Assembly (NCBI RefSeq): GCF_026210795.1
Contig: NC_089432.1
Location: 1,240,001 to 1,304,000 of the forward strand
From: Rhizophagus irregularis
Lineage: Eukaryota
Reading direction: 5' to 3'
DNA: 64,000 bases
The notes under the pieces were generated by a model. That model did no database searches, was not told where the DNA came from, and saw only the letters and a list, made by a program, of their open reading frames with translations. Shown piece after piece: positions 25,514 to 39,475 of this stretch (position 1 is the first letter of the stretch; every line of letters begins with the position of its first letter). Both the position numbers and the translations under genes were made by a program.

Positions 25514-27832
25514 ATTATTTGTTTAAAGGAAATGAATGTATTTTATCGACTTTATATTTTAAATAAATAGTTTTACTTTTTGTATAATTATAAAATAACA
25601 AAAAATTTTTTAAGAACTTTTGGGTAATCAGATTTGAATTTCTAAGTGAAATTGTGCAGGTGATATTGATGAATATTATAAAAATTATACACTAATTCTG
25701 CTGAAATAACTATTAATTGCATTTCTAGAGCGTTCAATATGTATCTTTTTGTGACAGTATAAATGTTAATTATAATAAAATCTTACATGACTCTTATGTT
25801 TACCCATTTGTAAAAAAACTTCAAATTACGAATTCTAAATAATATTTCTGATTATTTCTCTTTATAATTTATCTGATATATATTGTAATTATATACTGCA
25901 TGCAAAGTTGTTGAAATATATCTTTGATAGTGCCACATTAGACTATTGATTGGTAACTCTAAATTTATTCCATGTATAAGTAAGATTATTTTTCTTTAAA
26001 ATTAAAGGAATTAAAAATAATTTCTTCATTTCATATTTTCTTTAACAAAATTAATCTTGACTATCAAGAGATTCTTATAATAAATTCTTATTTTTTCCAA
26101 AATTGACATGAAATGGCACTAATTTTCTAAGATCTGGCAATTATTGTGAGATGTTTAATTACTTTGATCTTCCAATACTAAGTAAAGATCATTTTTTTGT
26201 ATTTTGTCAATACATGATTCTCTATCTGTATCATTTAATAAAGTTATTATATTATTCAATTAAGTAATCATGAACATAACTTTAATTAATCCCACCATTT
26301 TATTATTATACAATACAAAGAATTTAAATACTTGTAAGAGAAACCATATAATTTTATTTTATACATAGCGCATCTCTTTGAAATTCAAAGATCAAAGTCA
26401 ATCATATGGTCATTCCATTTTGTAACCAGCTTATATAACATGTACATAATATTATAATATTTCTTGGTTTTTGTAAGTATTTTATTCGTATGTTGAAATG
26501 AAATTATCTCTGCTGAGTCATTTGATTTATTTGGAGAGACAAAAGACTTTAATGTACTAAAAATTAATAATGCCACTCTCTTTTAGCAAGTGCCAGTTCC
26601 TTTAAAATCCTAGATATTTTTCCATAAAAATCTGACACCAACTTGATTATTTTCTGCTGACCCCGATAAATTTTAACGTCAGGAAATTTTTTCCACTTAA
26701 AATCCATATGGAAATCCACATCGAATATTGTGGAAATATGCGGAAATCCGAATAGTTCTAACATTTCCCAAATACCCTGTGACAAAACACGTGGTATTTT
26801 CGGCGTAGATCCACAAAATTCTGCGTAGGATATATGGGAATGTATGAAATTCCACGCATGAAATTTTTTTGATATAGCTTTCTTTAAAGTCTAACATTAA
26901 CATAAACTAATATATGGTGCAATAATTCCTAACACGATCCATGCTGAAACAAAAATGGAGAAAGATAGAAGGAGGAGGAGGAGATAATCCCTTATACATA
27001 AGGTATTAAGTGAAATGTTGAAAGATCCATATGACAAAAAACAATAAATTCAATATTTAACTTAAAATAATCCCTACGGACGGAGCTCAGATACCGTAGT
27101 AGAAGTGTGGAAACATATTTTTAATAACAGAATAATGGCTGGAAAAAGTCTCCATGAACGTCAAACAACTCCTCAAATAATCTAAGTAATCTCATGAGTT
27201 TGTGTAACTTATCCATGATATTCATGTCGGAAAATGCAATAAATCATTTTCCCGAACTGTATAAATTCTCACTACTAAAAGATGATCTGTATAATGGGTG
27301 ACAAATAAGATATCACATAAGAATATTATTAAATTTGAAACTTTATGGTTACGCCAACTTTTTTTAGCGTCAACATCAGTGGCGTCACATCTTCGTAAAT
27401 GACTTACTTGACATAAGCTTTTGACTAACTCTTGATACCCTAGACTTTTAAACTTTTATCATGAAATACTTATAATTATAGGCTTGATACACATGCGCTT
27501 GTGTGTTTACTACCATATAGATAAGAATACATAAAATATAAGAATATATAATAATTTTTGAGCTTGTTAAAGAATAAATATATTTTTATAAGTCAAAGCT
27601 CTATGAATTTTACGCCAACGATGTAACGATATGGCGCAACTTGAGATATAAAAATCGGAGATAATTTATCGCAGTATATAGGTTAAGTCATTTAATATTG
27701 AGTAAAATTGATTATATCAATTATCAAATCGTCATTATGAGTCAAAAATTTCCATATCAGGTGATCATTTTTTTTTTAAATAAGTACCCCGTCCGAAAAA
27801 AATAATTACTTAAACAAATTCTACGTTTTAAT

Positions 27833-28417
27833 ATGCAAACTACTTCCTCCAAGTCAAACAAAAAAACTAACATTAAAGACAATCCTAATGATATTCTAAC
27901 TAATATCAAACCTACTTTCCCTCCAATCATAACGATAAACGATCTAATCAAACCAAAATCGCCTCCAAATTCTTTCATCGTATACAGAATGGCATTAATG
28001 AAGGAATATCGTAATAAAAATTGTAAATTACCTTCGATTTGTGAAATCTCTAAAATCGCAAAAAAATATTGGGATATGGAACCAAAGAATGTAAAAGACT
28101 ATTATGCATCACTTGTTAAAGATGCAAAATCAATTTACAATAAATTTTCTTTGGATAAATTTTCTTTGGATAATTATATGGAATATATTCAAAATCAAAA
28201 ATGTGATATAACATATGATGCAGTTGAGAATATTAATGAAAATCTTCATATTCTCACCAGTGATCAAATTAATAATGATGTTAGTTTTTCTACAACTACT
28301 AATACTTTTCTAGTTCATTCCTTTCCAAATTATGACAATTACGAATTGAATTCAACGCCTAATGATCAAGAGTACATTAGGATATTGGAACAAATAATTG
28401 ATCGTTATTTACTTTAG
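27833..28417 (+). CDS. MATA-type HMG-box protein
   Basis: PPNSFIVYRMAL...EISKIAKKYWDMEPKNVKDYY; C-terminal DQEYIRILEQIIDRYLL. Confidence 0.88.
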   Translation: MQTTSSKSNKKTNIKDNPNDILTNIKPTFPPIITINDLIKPKSPPNSFIVYRMALMKEYRNKNCKLPSICEISKIAKKYWDMEPKNVKDYYASLVKDAKSIYNKFSLDKFSLDNYMEYIQNQKCDITYDAVENINENLHILTSDQINNDVSFSTTTNTFLVHSFPNYDNYELNSTPNDQEYIRILEQIIDRYLL

Positions 28418-29066
28418 AAATTAGTAATCGTTTCATATTGGCAAATCTGAAATAATTGACACTAATTCTTTTCATATAAAAAATTAGAAAGAATATTTAT
28501 ACTAAAGTATTTTATAATTCTAAAAATATATGTACGCAGTGTATTCAAATATTAAAATTTCTACCCTTTTTACTTGAAAATTATTACTAGAAAGAATATA
28601 ACCTTTTTTATCAACATTTTTCGTATCAACACTAGAGATGCGATTAGATAATCCATCACGGATTGAAAACACAAATTTATTCGTCATCTGTATCCGCACA
28701 TCCGAAGTTAATCATAGTGTTGGCGGTAATGCCGGCCGGCATTGAAAATTACGTGACTCTTCATTTGAGACTGTAAATATAAAAAATGTCTCAGGTTATT
28801 CACTAGTGAATTTTCAATATCAGATATGCAGGAATACATACCAATCTGCAAGATCACATGAATTTAATTTTGGTTGATCGTCATACCCCAGGAAAAATTC
28901 TTCGATTACATGACAATTTTACCGATCATTTCAATTTAAATTATTTTTTTTCCGTAAGGTAGTTTTGATCGTCATAAGCTATCACGTGAATATCATAGTT
29001 TGGTGCACAATATGTAATAAGGGGAAATTAAAAATCCCGTCAACCCGAAATTCATCGTACAATATA

Positions 29067-29871
29067 CAGTGTGACAAAAAAACCGGAATTGGCTAGCCGG
29101 GCCATAAAATTTTAAAAATGACCGGGCCGGCCGGCATTTTTTTTATATATGTAAAATTTTTTTACGCACATTGGCCAAAAGCTTAAAATCACGTGATAAA
29201 AATTTTTTACTATAAAAAAATTTCCATTTTTCGAAAAACTGACCCGGTCGGGTCACGAGAATCTATATTTTTTTTGCCCGGCCTACGTTCTCACCATATT
29301 ATTTGTAAAATAGCAGGTGGAAACCCGTCAATAATAATTTAATATGGAATTTATTTTAGTAATTTTTCTATAATTAAGCTTATTAAAAATTTATTATAAC
29401 TATTTTAGAGCAAATTTATATTTTTTTTGCAATAAAATACTTTATATTGTTAAAGAATTTTTTTTAATCATATTTTTCACATTTATCTTGATAAAATTGA
29501 GAAATTTCTAGTGAATTTTGCATCTATTTTTAATTTATGAATTTCATTTCAAATTTTTCTTTAAAATCAACATTTGTGGTTAAGTTTCTTAAAAAGTAAA
29601 AAAGCCACTAGAGTTCTAAATATTCTTAACAATATTTGAGTATTTTAAATTAAATCTAATCCACCAATGTTTTATAAATGTAATTTAATTTTCTGTAAAT
29701 AATTATTGCTAATTTTTCAAAGGATAATAAAGTGTTTATAACTTCAAAAGATTTCAAAATGTAGCCTTGAATCTCAAGTCTACTATACAAAGTAAATTGA
29801 GTTTATTTTGAGCGTATAACATGCATTTATCACGTGAATAATTTTCCGGTTTTTTTTTTTGCAACGCACTG
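29067..29871. mobile_element. Tc1/mariner-like non-autonomous element
   Basis: TA|cagtgtgacaaaaaaaccggaa ... ttccggttttttttgcaacgcactg|TA. Confidence 0.65.
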
Positions 29872-30818
29872 TATATGGATTTCTGATTTGGAAAGAAAAG
29901 GTTATAATGTTCGCTAAACTGACACTAAGAAAAACTAACTTATTATGAGTAGAATTCTCAGCACTAACGGCGAAAACATAGTTCATATTTTTTTCCAACT
30001 TTTAAATATCCTTAACATGTGATGCACGAAAATTTGGCAATAATTTTAGCAATTTTAAAGAATTCTTCATAACATTCCTTATTTACGCCATCGAACTTAG
30101 ATTATTAGTATTTAAATTGGATGCGTACACGAATTTTGTTATAAAAAAATTTGGCATCTCAAAGTAGGATCCCGAATCATATATAGGTAAGATGCAGCCA
30201 AAAGAAATTTATTATTATCAGCTATCTGTTATTTTTTTCATGACCTGAATTACGATATAATGCCAGTTGATGTTTAAAAAAGGCAATAAATTCTGGCCGA
30301 CGTTATCTATAATAGAAAAGATCTACCTTAATTAGTCATTTTATGCATAGCCGGTATGCTTCAAATTTAAGTAATGGTGCACAAAATAATTGTTTGTTTA
30401 CATATTGACGTATGGTACTATTATTTCTTTTATTTACTACTTAATTTAGCAGTTACATAAGCGCAATATAATAATAATTGTACATGCATGTAACAAACGA
30501 AAACATAATAATATCTTATAAAAAAATTTCTTAGACAATTAAATGATTTTTTTCCATAATTGAGTTCTCTACCGTTCGACTACTATTAACCTACCGTGAT
30601 AAAAGGTAATTATTTGTGGGAATTTGCCAAAAGAAATTATGCAAACCACGTAACTTAGATATTTATAATGATAATATATCTTAAAAAAATTTTGAATATT
30701 TATATGTAAAATCTTGGAATCATAATAAATGCATACATGTACTTAAACGAATATAACATAAAATTTTTAATTCTACGAAAATAAATTGCGATGTTGTTTT
30801 CAAATTTGCCAGCGTAAA

Positions 30819-31436
30819 TTAATTTCCAAGTAAACGGTCAATTGTTTGTTCCAAATATCTAATGTATTCTCGGTCACTAAGTATTGAATTCGCATTATAC
30901 GAGGTTCTAAAATTTTGAGAAGAATTAACTAAGGTGATGTCAGAGGACATGTCATTACTGCTGGCGTTAGGAAAACTAAAATTAGTGTCAATATGCTGAA
31001 CTTCAACATATTCCTCTTCTCTTCCTACGTCAAAATTTACATTTCTCTCTTGATTAATTACCACATTGCTCACATGTTTATCCAATATGATTTGTACATT
31101 ATTTTTATTATAAATTAATTTCGCCTCATTAACTAGTGATTCATAAAACTCTTTTACGTATTTGGGTTCCATATTCCAATGATTTTTAGCGATTTTGGAA
31201 ACTTTACCCACAGAAGGTGTTTTACAATTTTTAATACGATATTCTTTCATTAACGCCATTCTATACGCGATAAAAGCGTTAGGAAACACTTTTGGCTTGT
31301 TATTTGTATTGACTTTTTTGATTAGGTCGCTAATCGTTAAAGTCGAAGGAAATGATGGTTTGATATCGTTGAGAGATTCAACATTGATTGAAGTTTCACG
31401 TTTGCGATTTTTTTGTTTTAAGAAAGTCTTGGGCAT
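30819..31436 (-). CDS. MATA-type HMG-box protein
   Basis: FPNAFIAYRMAL...KVSKIAKNHWNMEPKYVKEFY; C-terminal DREYIRYLEQTIDRLL. Confidence 0.88.
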   Translation of the reverse strand: MPKTFLKQKNRKRETSINVESLNDIKPSFPSTLTISDLIKKVNTNNKPKVFPNAFIAYRMALMKEYRIKNCKTPSVGKVSKIAKNHWNMEPKYVKEFYESLVNEAKLIYNKNNVQIILDKHVSNVVINQERNVNFDVGREEEYVEVQHIDTNFSFPNASSNDMSSDITLVNSSQNFRTSYNANSILSDREYIRYLEQTIDRLLGN

Positions 31437-31489
31437 ATTGTAGATTTAAATTTGCTTAAAAAATTTCTTATAGACTTAAAATTTTAAAT

Positions 31490-32005
31490 CGACTAAAACC
31501 GTGCTTTTTATAAAAAAATAAATCATAGGAACTAGACACGATAATCATTAATAAGGAGAAAATAACTATCTTTATTTTACTATTGCTGATTGTCAACTTT
31601 TATAAAAAGAAAGAAATGAAACATTTAAGTAGTAGGATATGTAGAAAATAACTACTTTTTTCTTACTAATGCTGATTGTTATAGCTGGTTGTATTTTTTA
31701 CAGCAGAAGACAATTAGGAACTAAAATAATTTGATATTTCTTGATCAACTAAACTGTGCTTTCTATAGGAAGGAATGAATCATTTAAGTTAAATAGTAGG
31801 AATACTGCACAATAAGGAGAAAATGTTTTACTAACGTTGATTGTTATAGCTGATTGCATTTTTTACAAACGACAATTAAAAACTAAATAATTTAGGAAAA
31901 TATGAATCATCTAAGCAGTAGAAATTCAGCACGTTAGCTATTTTGTTTATCGATGCTGATTGTTATAGCTGGTTGCATTTTTACAGCCGACAATTAAAAA
32001 TTAAA
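31490..32005. repeat. Imperfect tandem repeats directly upstream of the HMG gene
   Basis: tgattgttatagctg..tg.attttt..gacaatta at about 31673, 31838 and 31957, plus a partial copy at 31585. Confidence 0.7.
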
Positions 32006-32393
32006 AACATTCATAATATTATAGAAGTTTGCAGAATTCTATAATTTACTAAAAAAAATACGTTTAGTTTATTATGATTACTCGAATTGTTTTGCATAAT
32101 TGATTGCATATTTTGCAATTATTCCGGTAGATTTTATTATAATTGCGTTAACTTACAAAAAACTGATTATTTAATTGTTACGTTACTGTATTTGGATACA
32201 TTCTATATACAGTATAGTATTTTTTGTGCAACATTAGCATCATGTACAACAATGTGTGAACGAAAATCTTTTCCAGATGAACAAAAAATTAATAACAAAT
32301 AACCGTAAACAATTATAATGAAATAAAAGTCTATATGTAAATTCTAGTTCACTTGACAAATGACTCTTCAAACGGGGTTTAATTTCCCACTTA

Positions 32394-32603
32394 CAGCTGA
32401 TTTCAAAAAGGTCGGGACGCTTATTTAAAAAACTTGGAAATATTCGGTAATCGGTAAAGCTTGATATAAAATAAAAATTATACGCTAATTTTGGAGTACC
32501 ATTCCGAGAATGGTGGTATAATTTTATCTTATTTTGAGCTTTACCGAATATTTCCGAATTCATTAAAATTTGCTAAGTGTCCCGACCTTTTTGAAATCAG
32601 TTA
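32394..32603. mobile_element. Tc1/mariner-like MITE; inverted copy at 40426-40633
   Basis: TA|cagctgatttcaaaaaggtcgggac ... gtcccgacctttttgaaatcag; interior matches the reverse complement of the 40.4-kb copy. Confidence 0.8.
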
Positions 32604-33921
32604 TAACATAGTGAAAAAGAAAATTTAGCGACTGAGATAGAATCAAGAAGAAATAAATGTGGTCCATATGTCATAAATGAAGTATCATAAAAATATGATA
32701 GCGTCTTGTCAGTGATTTATAAATATAACAAAAATAATAAGAAATAATAATTTTTTGGTGCAATGTTCATTAGACAAAATATACATTCGGCGAAATGTCC
32801 ATTCTTCGGCGAAATGGAATTAGATGAAATGAGTTTCGGCGAAACGTAATTTTGGTAAAATATCCATTCGGTGAAACGTCCCTTCGGCGAAATGGCTTTC
32901 GACGTAATGTCCTGATACCCAATAGAATGTCCTTCACTACGCTCCGAAAAATAACTAATGTAAGCTCGCCTAAATCATTGGGACGATCTACTATCATTTT
33001 AAAATGCTCTAAAGGAACTACACGCGCAGATAAAATAGTATGAAAGAAAGGTAAATGACCAGCAAGAAGAAAGTAATAGTTAATCTATATACAAATGCGC
33101 CCGTATATATTCTTTCACTTAAAAAGTGTCGTAAGTAAATACTGTCCTGTACGAAATGGTATTTATCTGTATAACTGTTCTATTATAGAAGAAATAATAA
33201 AATTTTAATGAGCTAAAAAATCTATTAGGTGACATAATAAGGGCAATATAACAAACGAAAAAAATAACGAAATTAGGTTAAAAATTTTTGTTATGTCGAT
33301 CATCAATGACAATCAAGTTGATGATTGGTGTCTTAAGATGTGGAGGCTGATTATAGAAAAAGAAAAAAAGTTGAAACAGCGATCCTCATGCTGTTAAGCG
33401 CCATTTCCACATGGAAAGGTCACAACTAAGGAAGAGAGAAATTATTCCAAGGAAGTTAAAGCTGAAAAACAGTGACGAAAAGTGGTGGGAAATGTCTGTA
33501 GAAAAATTTTGTGTATTGTATATTAGAAGCGAAGACTAGCAAACAAGCAAAGCGAATTAGTGTAAATATTTTATTTGTTCCAAAAATTCGACATAAATAC
33601 TTGACGATAATAAATAATGAAAATAGACGAAAACATTAAAACGAGACAGAAAGAATACTTACACTGTTTTACTTGTTTATAACGTTATTTGGGTAGGACT
33701 TTCTTATTTTCGACGTCAGAAAAACGAAACGGTATGGTAAAATTATTTTTCCCAAACATTACAAGAAAGAATTATAGCCGTTACTTAATATAATCTTTTT
33801 TTCCGTAAAGCACTATTTTTCACCGGGAACCCCGTGCATATCGTAGTGTTTACACAGTACAGAACTGGAGATCGTAAAATTCCAACTTTTCAATCCAAAT
33901 AGAATTTCCATTGGAAATTAG

Positions 33922-34009
33922 GGCAGTGACATTTATTACGTAATATTTTAGGGGTGGGTCATATAAGTGTAACGTAAGATTTTACATATTCGTAATAAAT
34001 GTCACTGCC
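33922..34009. mobile_element. Tiny MITE flanked by TTAG/TTAA (possibly Kolobok-like)
   Basis: ggcagtgacatttattacg ... cgtaataaatgtcactgcc. Confidence 0.6.
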
Positions 34010-34739
34010 TTAACCAATACCACATACATGTTCATTGAATCGAAGCACATCACTTGTAGATCATGATGTAACGGAAATTACACTCAAGATACCTGCCGAT
34101 CACTCGATGACACGTTAATATTATGATGGAATCTTTTTGGAAACGAGATTGATGGGTCACGCTTCATTCACTAATCTTTGAATTTCATCCAGATCTACGT
34201 TCCACTGTTCGCATGGAAATCCTGGCAACCATAAAATCGACAGTCTATAATCCCGACACCAAGATCCCGACAAACCCTGAAATAAAATCCCGATAGTCAC
34301 AAATTCTGACAGTTAACAATCATGACAGTCAAAGCCCCAAAGTTTTTTTTTTAAAAAAAAAAATTAAAAAAAAAAAATTATATAAATTTTCCAATTAAGT
34401 ATATAATCTTAAAAATGCAGTGACGCAGTAACGAGTTAATTTATTCACTATAATTAAATTATAATTTGTAAATTTTATTATTACCAATGTAAATTGTTTG
34501 CAAATTTTATTAATATTAATGCAAATTAACTAACGTTACTATATTATTAATGAAAATTAAAAGAAAAATTTTTTAATCTTAGTATGTACTTACTAAACTA
34601 TCTAAACTATTTCTTATCTTCTAAAATTAGAAATAATTACATTAAAAAAATTAACTAATCTCAGTCAGGATTTTGGCTGTCAAGATTTTAGATCATCTGG
34701 ATTCTGTGACTGTCAGGATTTTATTTCAAGTTTATTGAA

Positions 34740-35275
34740 TGTTAAATGTATTGAAAATTTCAATTTACCTCCTATGGTTGAGTTTCTTAAATCATCACGG
34801 ATTTCAAATTATTTTAGATTATCTTACAAAAAAGAAATGGTCAAGATAATTAAGAAAGCGTAAATTGCGACGCAGATATGGAAATGCTGAAGTTCAATTG
34901 ATAGTAATGAAATTAGTCTCCTAGTGTCAGTCACATTTCCTAGCTATTTCTTATCACGTGACTTTATAGTAAAATATTATGTACTCTATTAGGACTTTTG
35001 CCGGCGGTGCTCTTAGCGCATCTCCGTTCTTTTTATTTTACCACCAAGGTGACATCGCCTTGTAGCGGTTTGGTTATCAGTTGTTACTTTTGATTTTAGT
35101 TATTAATTTCTTTATAATTCGTACTGTAACCTCGTTCATTTTGTGAAATAAAATTAAAAATTAAAAAGGCGTGGTTCTAATTTTAACGCCTGTACTTGCA
35201 GTAATGATCAAGAATTCATTTATAGCATGTTGGAGAACTTAATTGACCATTTATTTGGAATACTTGGAAATTAAT
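34740..35275 (+). pseudogene. Heavily decayed HMG-box paralog interrupted by a LINE 3' end
   Basis: ttacctcctatgg (LPPM), caaattattttagat (QIILD), ctcctagtgtcagt, and a terminal SNDQEFIYSMLENLIDHLFGILGN*. Confidence 0.55.
34993..35166 (+). mobile_element. 5'-truncated non-LTR retrotransposon 3' end
   Basis: accaaggtgacatcg..cggtttggt motif shared with the 39.2-kb and 58-kb copies; A-rich tail; no clear TSD. Confidence 0.55.
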
Positions 35276-36015
35276 CCATTGCACACAAAATTTAAAGATG
35301 GGACAATATTTATTCTCATTCTAACTTCCTAGAATCCCTGCATTTTTCTCTGGGCAAAATTGGATACTTGGATTTACCTTTAAAAAAAAATCTGTTTGAA
35401 TGCAAACTGAAAATCTTTTACAGTGTGATTATTAAAGAAAGTAATAAAATATTTATGTTGTGGCTCAAGTGTCGATTTGTGATTTTGCGTCAGTTGATAG
35501 CTGACGTGCGTCAGACGTAGATTGATACCTGACGCGCGTCACCTGGATCACACAATAAAGTTTTCCATAATAAACACTTACCTTTATTAATAAAATTACT
35601 TTTTATTCTATAAGTAAATTTATATCAAAATAAATTATACATATTATGAAAATTTTATACTTATATGATTACATATCGTAGAATTTACTTGAAAAACTTG
35701 TTAATTTATAATTAATTTTGAATGAAGACTTTCCATGAATTTGAGTCTAATCAAACTGATATTTTAGGATTACGTATTTTGTAATATGATAAAAATATTT
35801 ATTGTTCAGCCCAATAGGATCATGCAGATTTTCGTAACCGACATTTTTATTATCATAAGCATAACAATAATACATGATTATACATAATTGATATAATAAG
35901 GTGAAGTAAAAAATAATGCTGTAAATGAAAATTTTAATAGGGAAAGTTTAAATAAAGCTTATAAAGTGGATTAAAAATAGCATAAAATGAATTTATAGAA
36001 AGTTAACGTCAGAAC

Positions 36016-36476
36016 TAGGGATTGGAATCGATTATCGAATCTTTGTAGATTCGATTGTTTGTTCCTTAAAGGATAATCTATTTTAAGCTTTAATGATTAA
36101 TTCCATTATCAGTAAATATGTAGATTCTGAATTAAAATTGTAAAATCTATTATCACATTTAGGCACAATTGCAGCGTCGTGTATCAAAATTTTACTGAAA
36201 CTAAATAAAAAAAATTCTCATGAATTCCCAGGGACTTTCATAAATAATACCCATCTTTTCGATAACAATATTTTTTTGTTGCTGCGGCTTGAATGCAATG
36301 GTTATATTTTTTACATACAATACCTATATGATACCGATCATTTGCCGATCATTTCGTCGTTTTTAAGTTTTTATCGATCAATTTTTCTTTTTTGAATCAA
36401 TTTTTTTGTTTAGTTTCAATTTTCTCTTCAACAAATGAGATTCGATTTTGATTCGATTATCGATTCCCAATCCCTA
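36016..36476. mobile_element. hAT-like MITE
   Basis: TIR tagggattgg..aatcgat / atcgattcccaatcccta; perfect 8-bp TSD gtcagaac at 36008-36015 and 36477-36484. Confidence 0.88.
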
Positions 36477-36682
36477 GTCAGAACGATAACACTTTGATTG
36501 GATGTGGGGCTATATCGGTTACTTTATTGATTGGTGAAAATGACCACTAGCTACGTGGCCCATTTTTATCCAATATTCAGTTGTGACAGATATAGCTAAT
36601 CCACAACATTTACATTATTATTTTTTAATCTTTTTTCTCCAAACGACTTTTAGTCCCGCTTACTGCGCTTAGTATCTATGTA

Positions 36683-37050
36683 CAGTCAGACCTCTATATA
36701 ATCACCAAATCGGTTCCACCAAAATCGGGATTATATAGAGGAGTGATTATATAGAGATTTTTAAATTTATCTGAAATTATTTCGGCCGGAATTATAGACA
36801 TATTAAAATTCTGGCCGAAAATAATGCTGATCCGAATTACAAATTTTCCTAATAAGGAAATTACCCGAAATTGTGATTTTGTAATTTTAGCCAAAAATGA
36901 TATATAGCCAGAATTATAATTTATAGGTGATTGTGAGAAATTTTTTTATTAATATAAATAGTATAGGTAAATTTATATTATCAAAAATCCGTTTTGAAAA
37001 AATTAGTGCTTATAAAGAGTTGTGACTATAACTATATGGAGGTCTGACTG
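36683..37050. mobile_element. Tc1/mariner-like MITE
   Basis: TA|cagtcagacctctatata ... tatatggaggtctgactg|TA. Confidence 0.82.
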
Positions 37051-37067
37051 TAGTTTCCTTCCACAAG

Positions 37068-37596
37068 CGGTCGGTTCAGTTCAGTTTCGGTTTTAAAACC
37101 GCGGTTTTCAGCTGAAACCGAACCGACCGCAAAACCGACCGATAAAACCGAATTGCAAAACCGATCGCAAAACTACTGCAAAATTGAATGAACCAATGTT
37201 AGCAAGTGTTAATTATAATTTTATTTGATAATGTTCCTTAAAGCTATAATTTTTTTTACGATAATAATATCAATTTTGCGATTTTTTTCAGCAGAATGAA
37301 AAATCACGTGATCGACGCGTAAAAGATTAAAAGATAAATTTTCTTATTATTTCAAAAATAAGAATACTATATATATATAAACACCAAAATCATAATTTTT
37401 AATAGTATTCCCAATAAAATTAATAAAAGAGACATTTTTTTTCTTTTGGAATATATGATTAACTGATCGGTTTTTTTGTCGGTTTTTTTATATATAAAAC
37501 CGACGGTTAACCGGTCGGTCTTGGACTAAAACCGAACCGTAACCGAACCGGTAAAACCCGGTTATAATCGGTTATAACCGAACTTTTGGCATCCCT
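37068..37596. mobile_element. hAT-like MITE with aaccg subterminal repeats; left terminus lost
   Basis: Many aaccg/cggtt repeats; right end ggcatcccta; cacaagc on both flanks. Confidence 0.6.
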
Positions 37597-38139
37597 ACAC
37601 AAGCATCACTAAAAAATTTGATATAAGTTTGTATTAGTAAAATTATATCTATTAATTCGTGATCCGCAAACGATCTGCAAAAAATGAGAATCTGGCGTGG
37701 CGTCAAATAAAAGTAAAAAATTATGTGAAAAAATTATTGTAAAAATCAAACTATTTGAAACTTTGGGATAAATATTATGTATTAAGGAATGAAAATCGGG
37801 TATTAGAAAAAAATTACCAATAATCACGCATTCTTCAACATGACAAACATCCGATTGATCGCAGTCACATACGTACTTACGATTTGTGGACTGGACCAAA
37901 AAAAATGCAAATATCAATTTTGCTATTTATTTTCATTATACATATACTGTATTATATAGTATTGGGCAGGGGCAATATTGTGGTCATGGATCGATTGGAT
38001 CGTGTCACGTATTACACTATTGATCGACTCATCGACATGATTCTTTCTTTCATTTAACAATGACAAACAAACGTTTAACAAAACGGGAGCTTCCGACTAT
38101 GTAATTATATGATCGCAAATTAAAAGTTATCTAAAATAA

Positions 38140-38510
38140 GAAAAAAAAATGATTTTCGTTTTAAATAATTTTTTTTAAAAAAATTACTTGTTTTTAGTTG
38201 TTTTCATTTTTAATTAAAAAGAACGATTTTTATGAAATAATCGGTTGTTTTTCATTTTTATAAAAATAATAAAAAAGAATTTTTTTTTTGTTTAATTAAT
38301 AAAAAAAAATTAGTTTTTCACTTTTAGTAAGAAAAGGACGATTTTTTTATGAAAAAATCAGTTGTGTTTTCATTTTATTAATTAGTATAAAAATTAGTTT
38401 TTTCATTTTAATAAAAAAAAAGGACGATTTTTTTATGAAAAAATTAAGTGTGTTCATTTTTAAATAAAAAAAAATGATTTTTTCCGTTTTTAATAAAACC
38501 GGACTTTTTT
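38140..38510. repeat. Degenerate AT-rich tandem repeat
   Basis: Recurring gtttttcatttt..aaaa(g)gacgattttttatgaaaaa. Confidence 0.6.
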
Positions 38511-39168
38511 TTATAACTAGATTAGGTCGGGGTGATCTGTATTCAGTAGGGGATTCGGTTTAATTAATTGACAATCATTTCGCCGATAATTATTTGACCG
38601 ACAATTGTCCGATATTTCACTTACTTGATTACTTAACCGTCATGAGGTATTTGTAATTATATGTTATATTCCAATAAAGAAACGCGTATAAATAATAATA
38701 ATAGACAAATGGATATTATCCAAACACGAAGAAGGAGATAAGAAAAAAAATTGCGTACGACCAATTTTCTTTTATACAAATTATATTATGAAATATTAAA
38801 AACAGTTAATATTGACATAATTCAGGGACTAATTGATATTTATACATCTGATTATCAAAATTCATCGGATCATGTACGTGAACTCATTTATCCATTTTAT
38901 TTTTTGGTATTATTTTAATTTTTTCTGTATATAAATACTGTATGTATAATAATTATTAGGTTATGTATTTATAAATTAAAGCAACGTTTATGCTATTCAA
39001 AATAATGAATTTAAAGCAACCTTAATTTTGCAATGATACTTTGATGATTCTTTCAATGCATTTAAATAATAAAATTACGTGATTGTAATTCCATATAAAC
39101 AAATAGTAAAAAAAAATTATATATATATATACATATATATTATAATAAATAGTGCGTAGTATTAAAAA

Positions 39169-39345
39169 TTTTATTTTTATTTTTATTTTTAATTTCCAAG
39201 TCACGATACAAATTACAGGGACAAACTATTCGTAAGCCTAAAGTAATTCTAAACTAAATCGTGTACCAAACCGCAAAATCTGACAGCGCCACCCTGGTTT
39301 CGAAAAATAAACCTGTGGAGGGATGCGTCTAAACACGTCCCGCCC
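39169..39345 (-). mobile_element. 5'-truncated non-LTR retrotransposon 3' end with 18-bp TSD
   Basis: TSD agtgcgtagtattaaaaa at 39151-39168 and 39346-39363; T-rich tail; caaaccg..gccaccctggt motif. Confidence 0.8.
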
Positions 39346-39475
39346 AGTGCGTAGTATTAAAAAATGTTTAATCAAATAAATTTATAAATAGCCACGTGAT
39401 TAGGCGGTAAAAAATTTACTGTCAATATTATTATTTAGCAAAATTTTAAATAACAGTTTTATGTTAAATTCAGGC

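Noticed and set aside
26385..26903. Short ORFs here and at 558-770, 8309-8560, 13765-13992, 32087-33043, 36694-39204 and 53090-53741
   Set aside because: Low-complexity or MITE-derived sequence with no motifs, mostly non-ATG starts; probably spurious.
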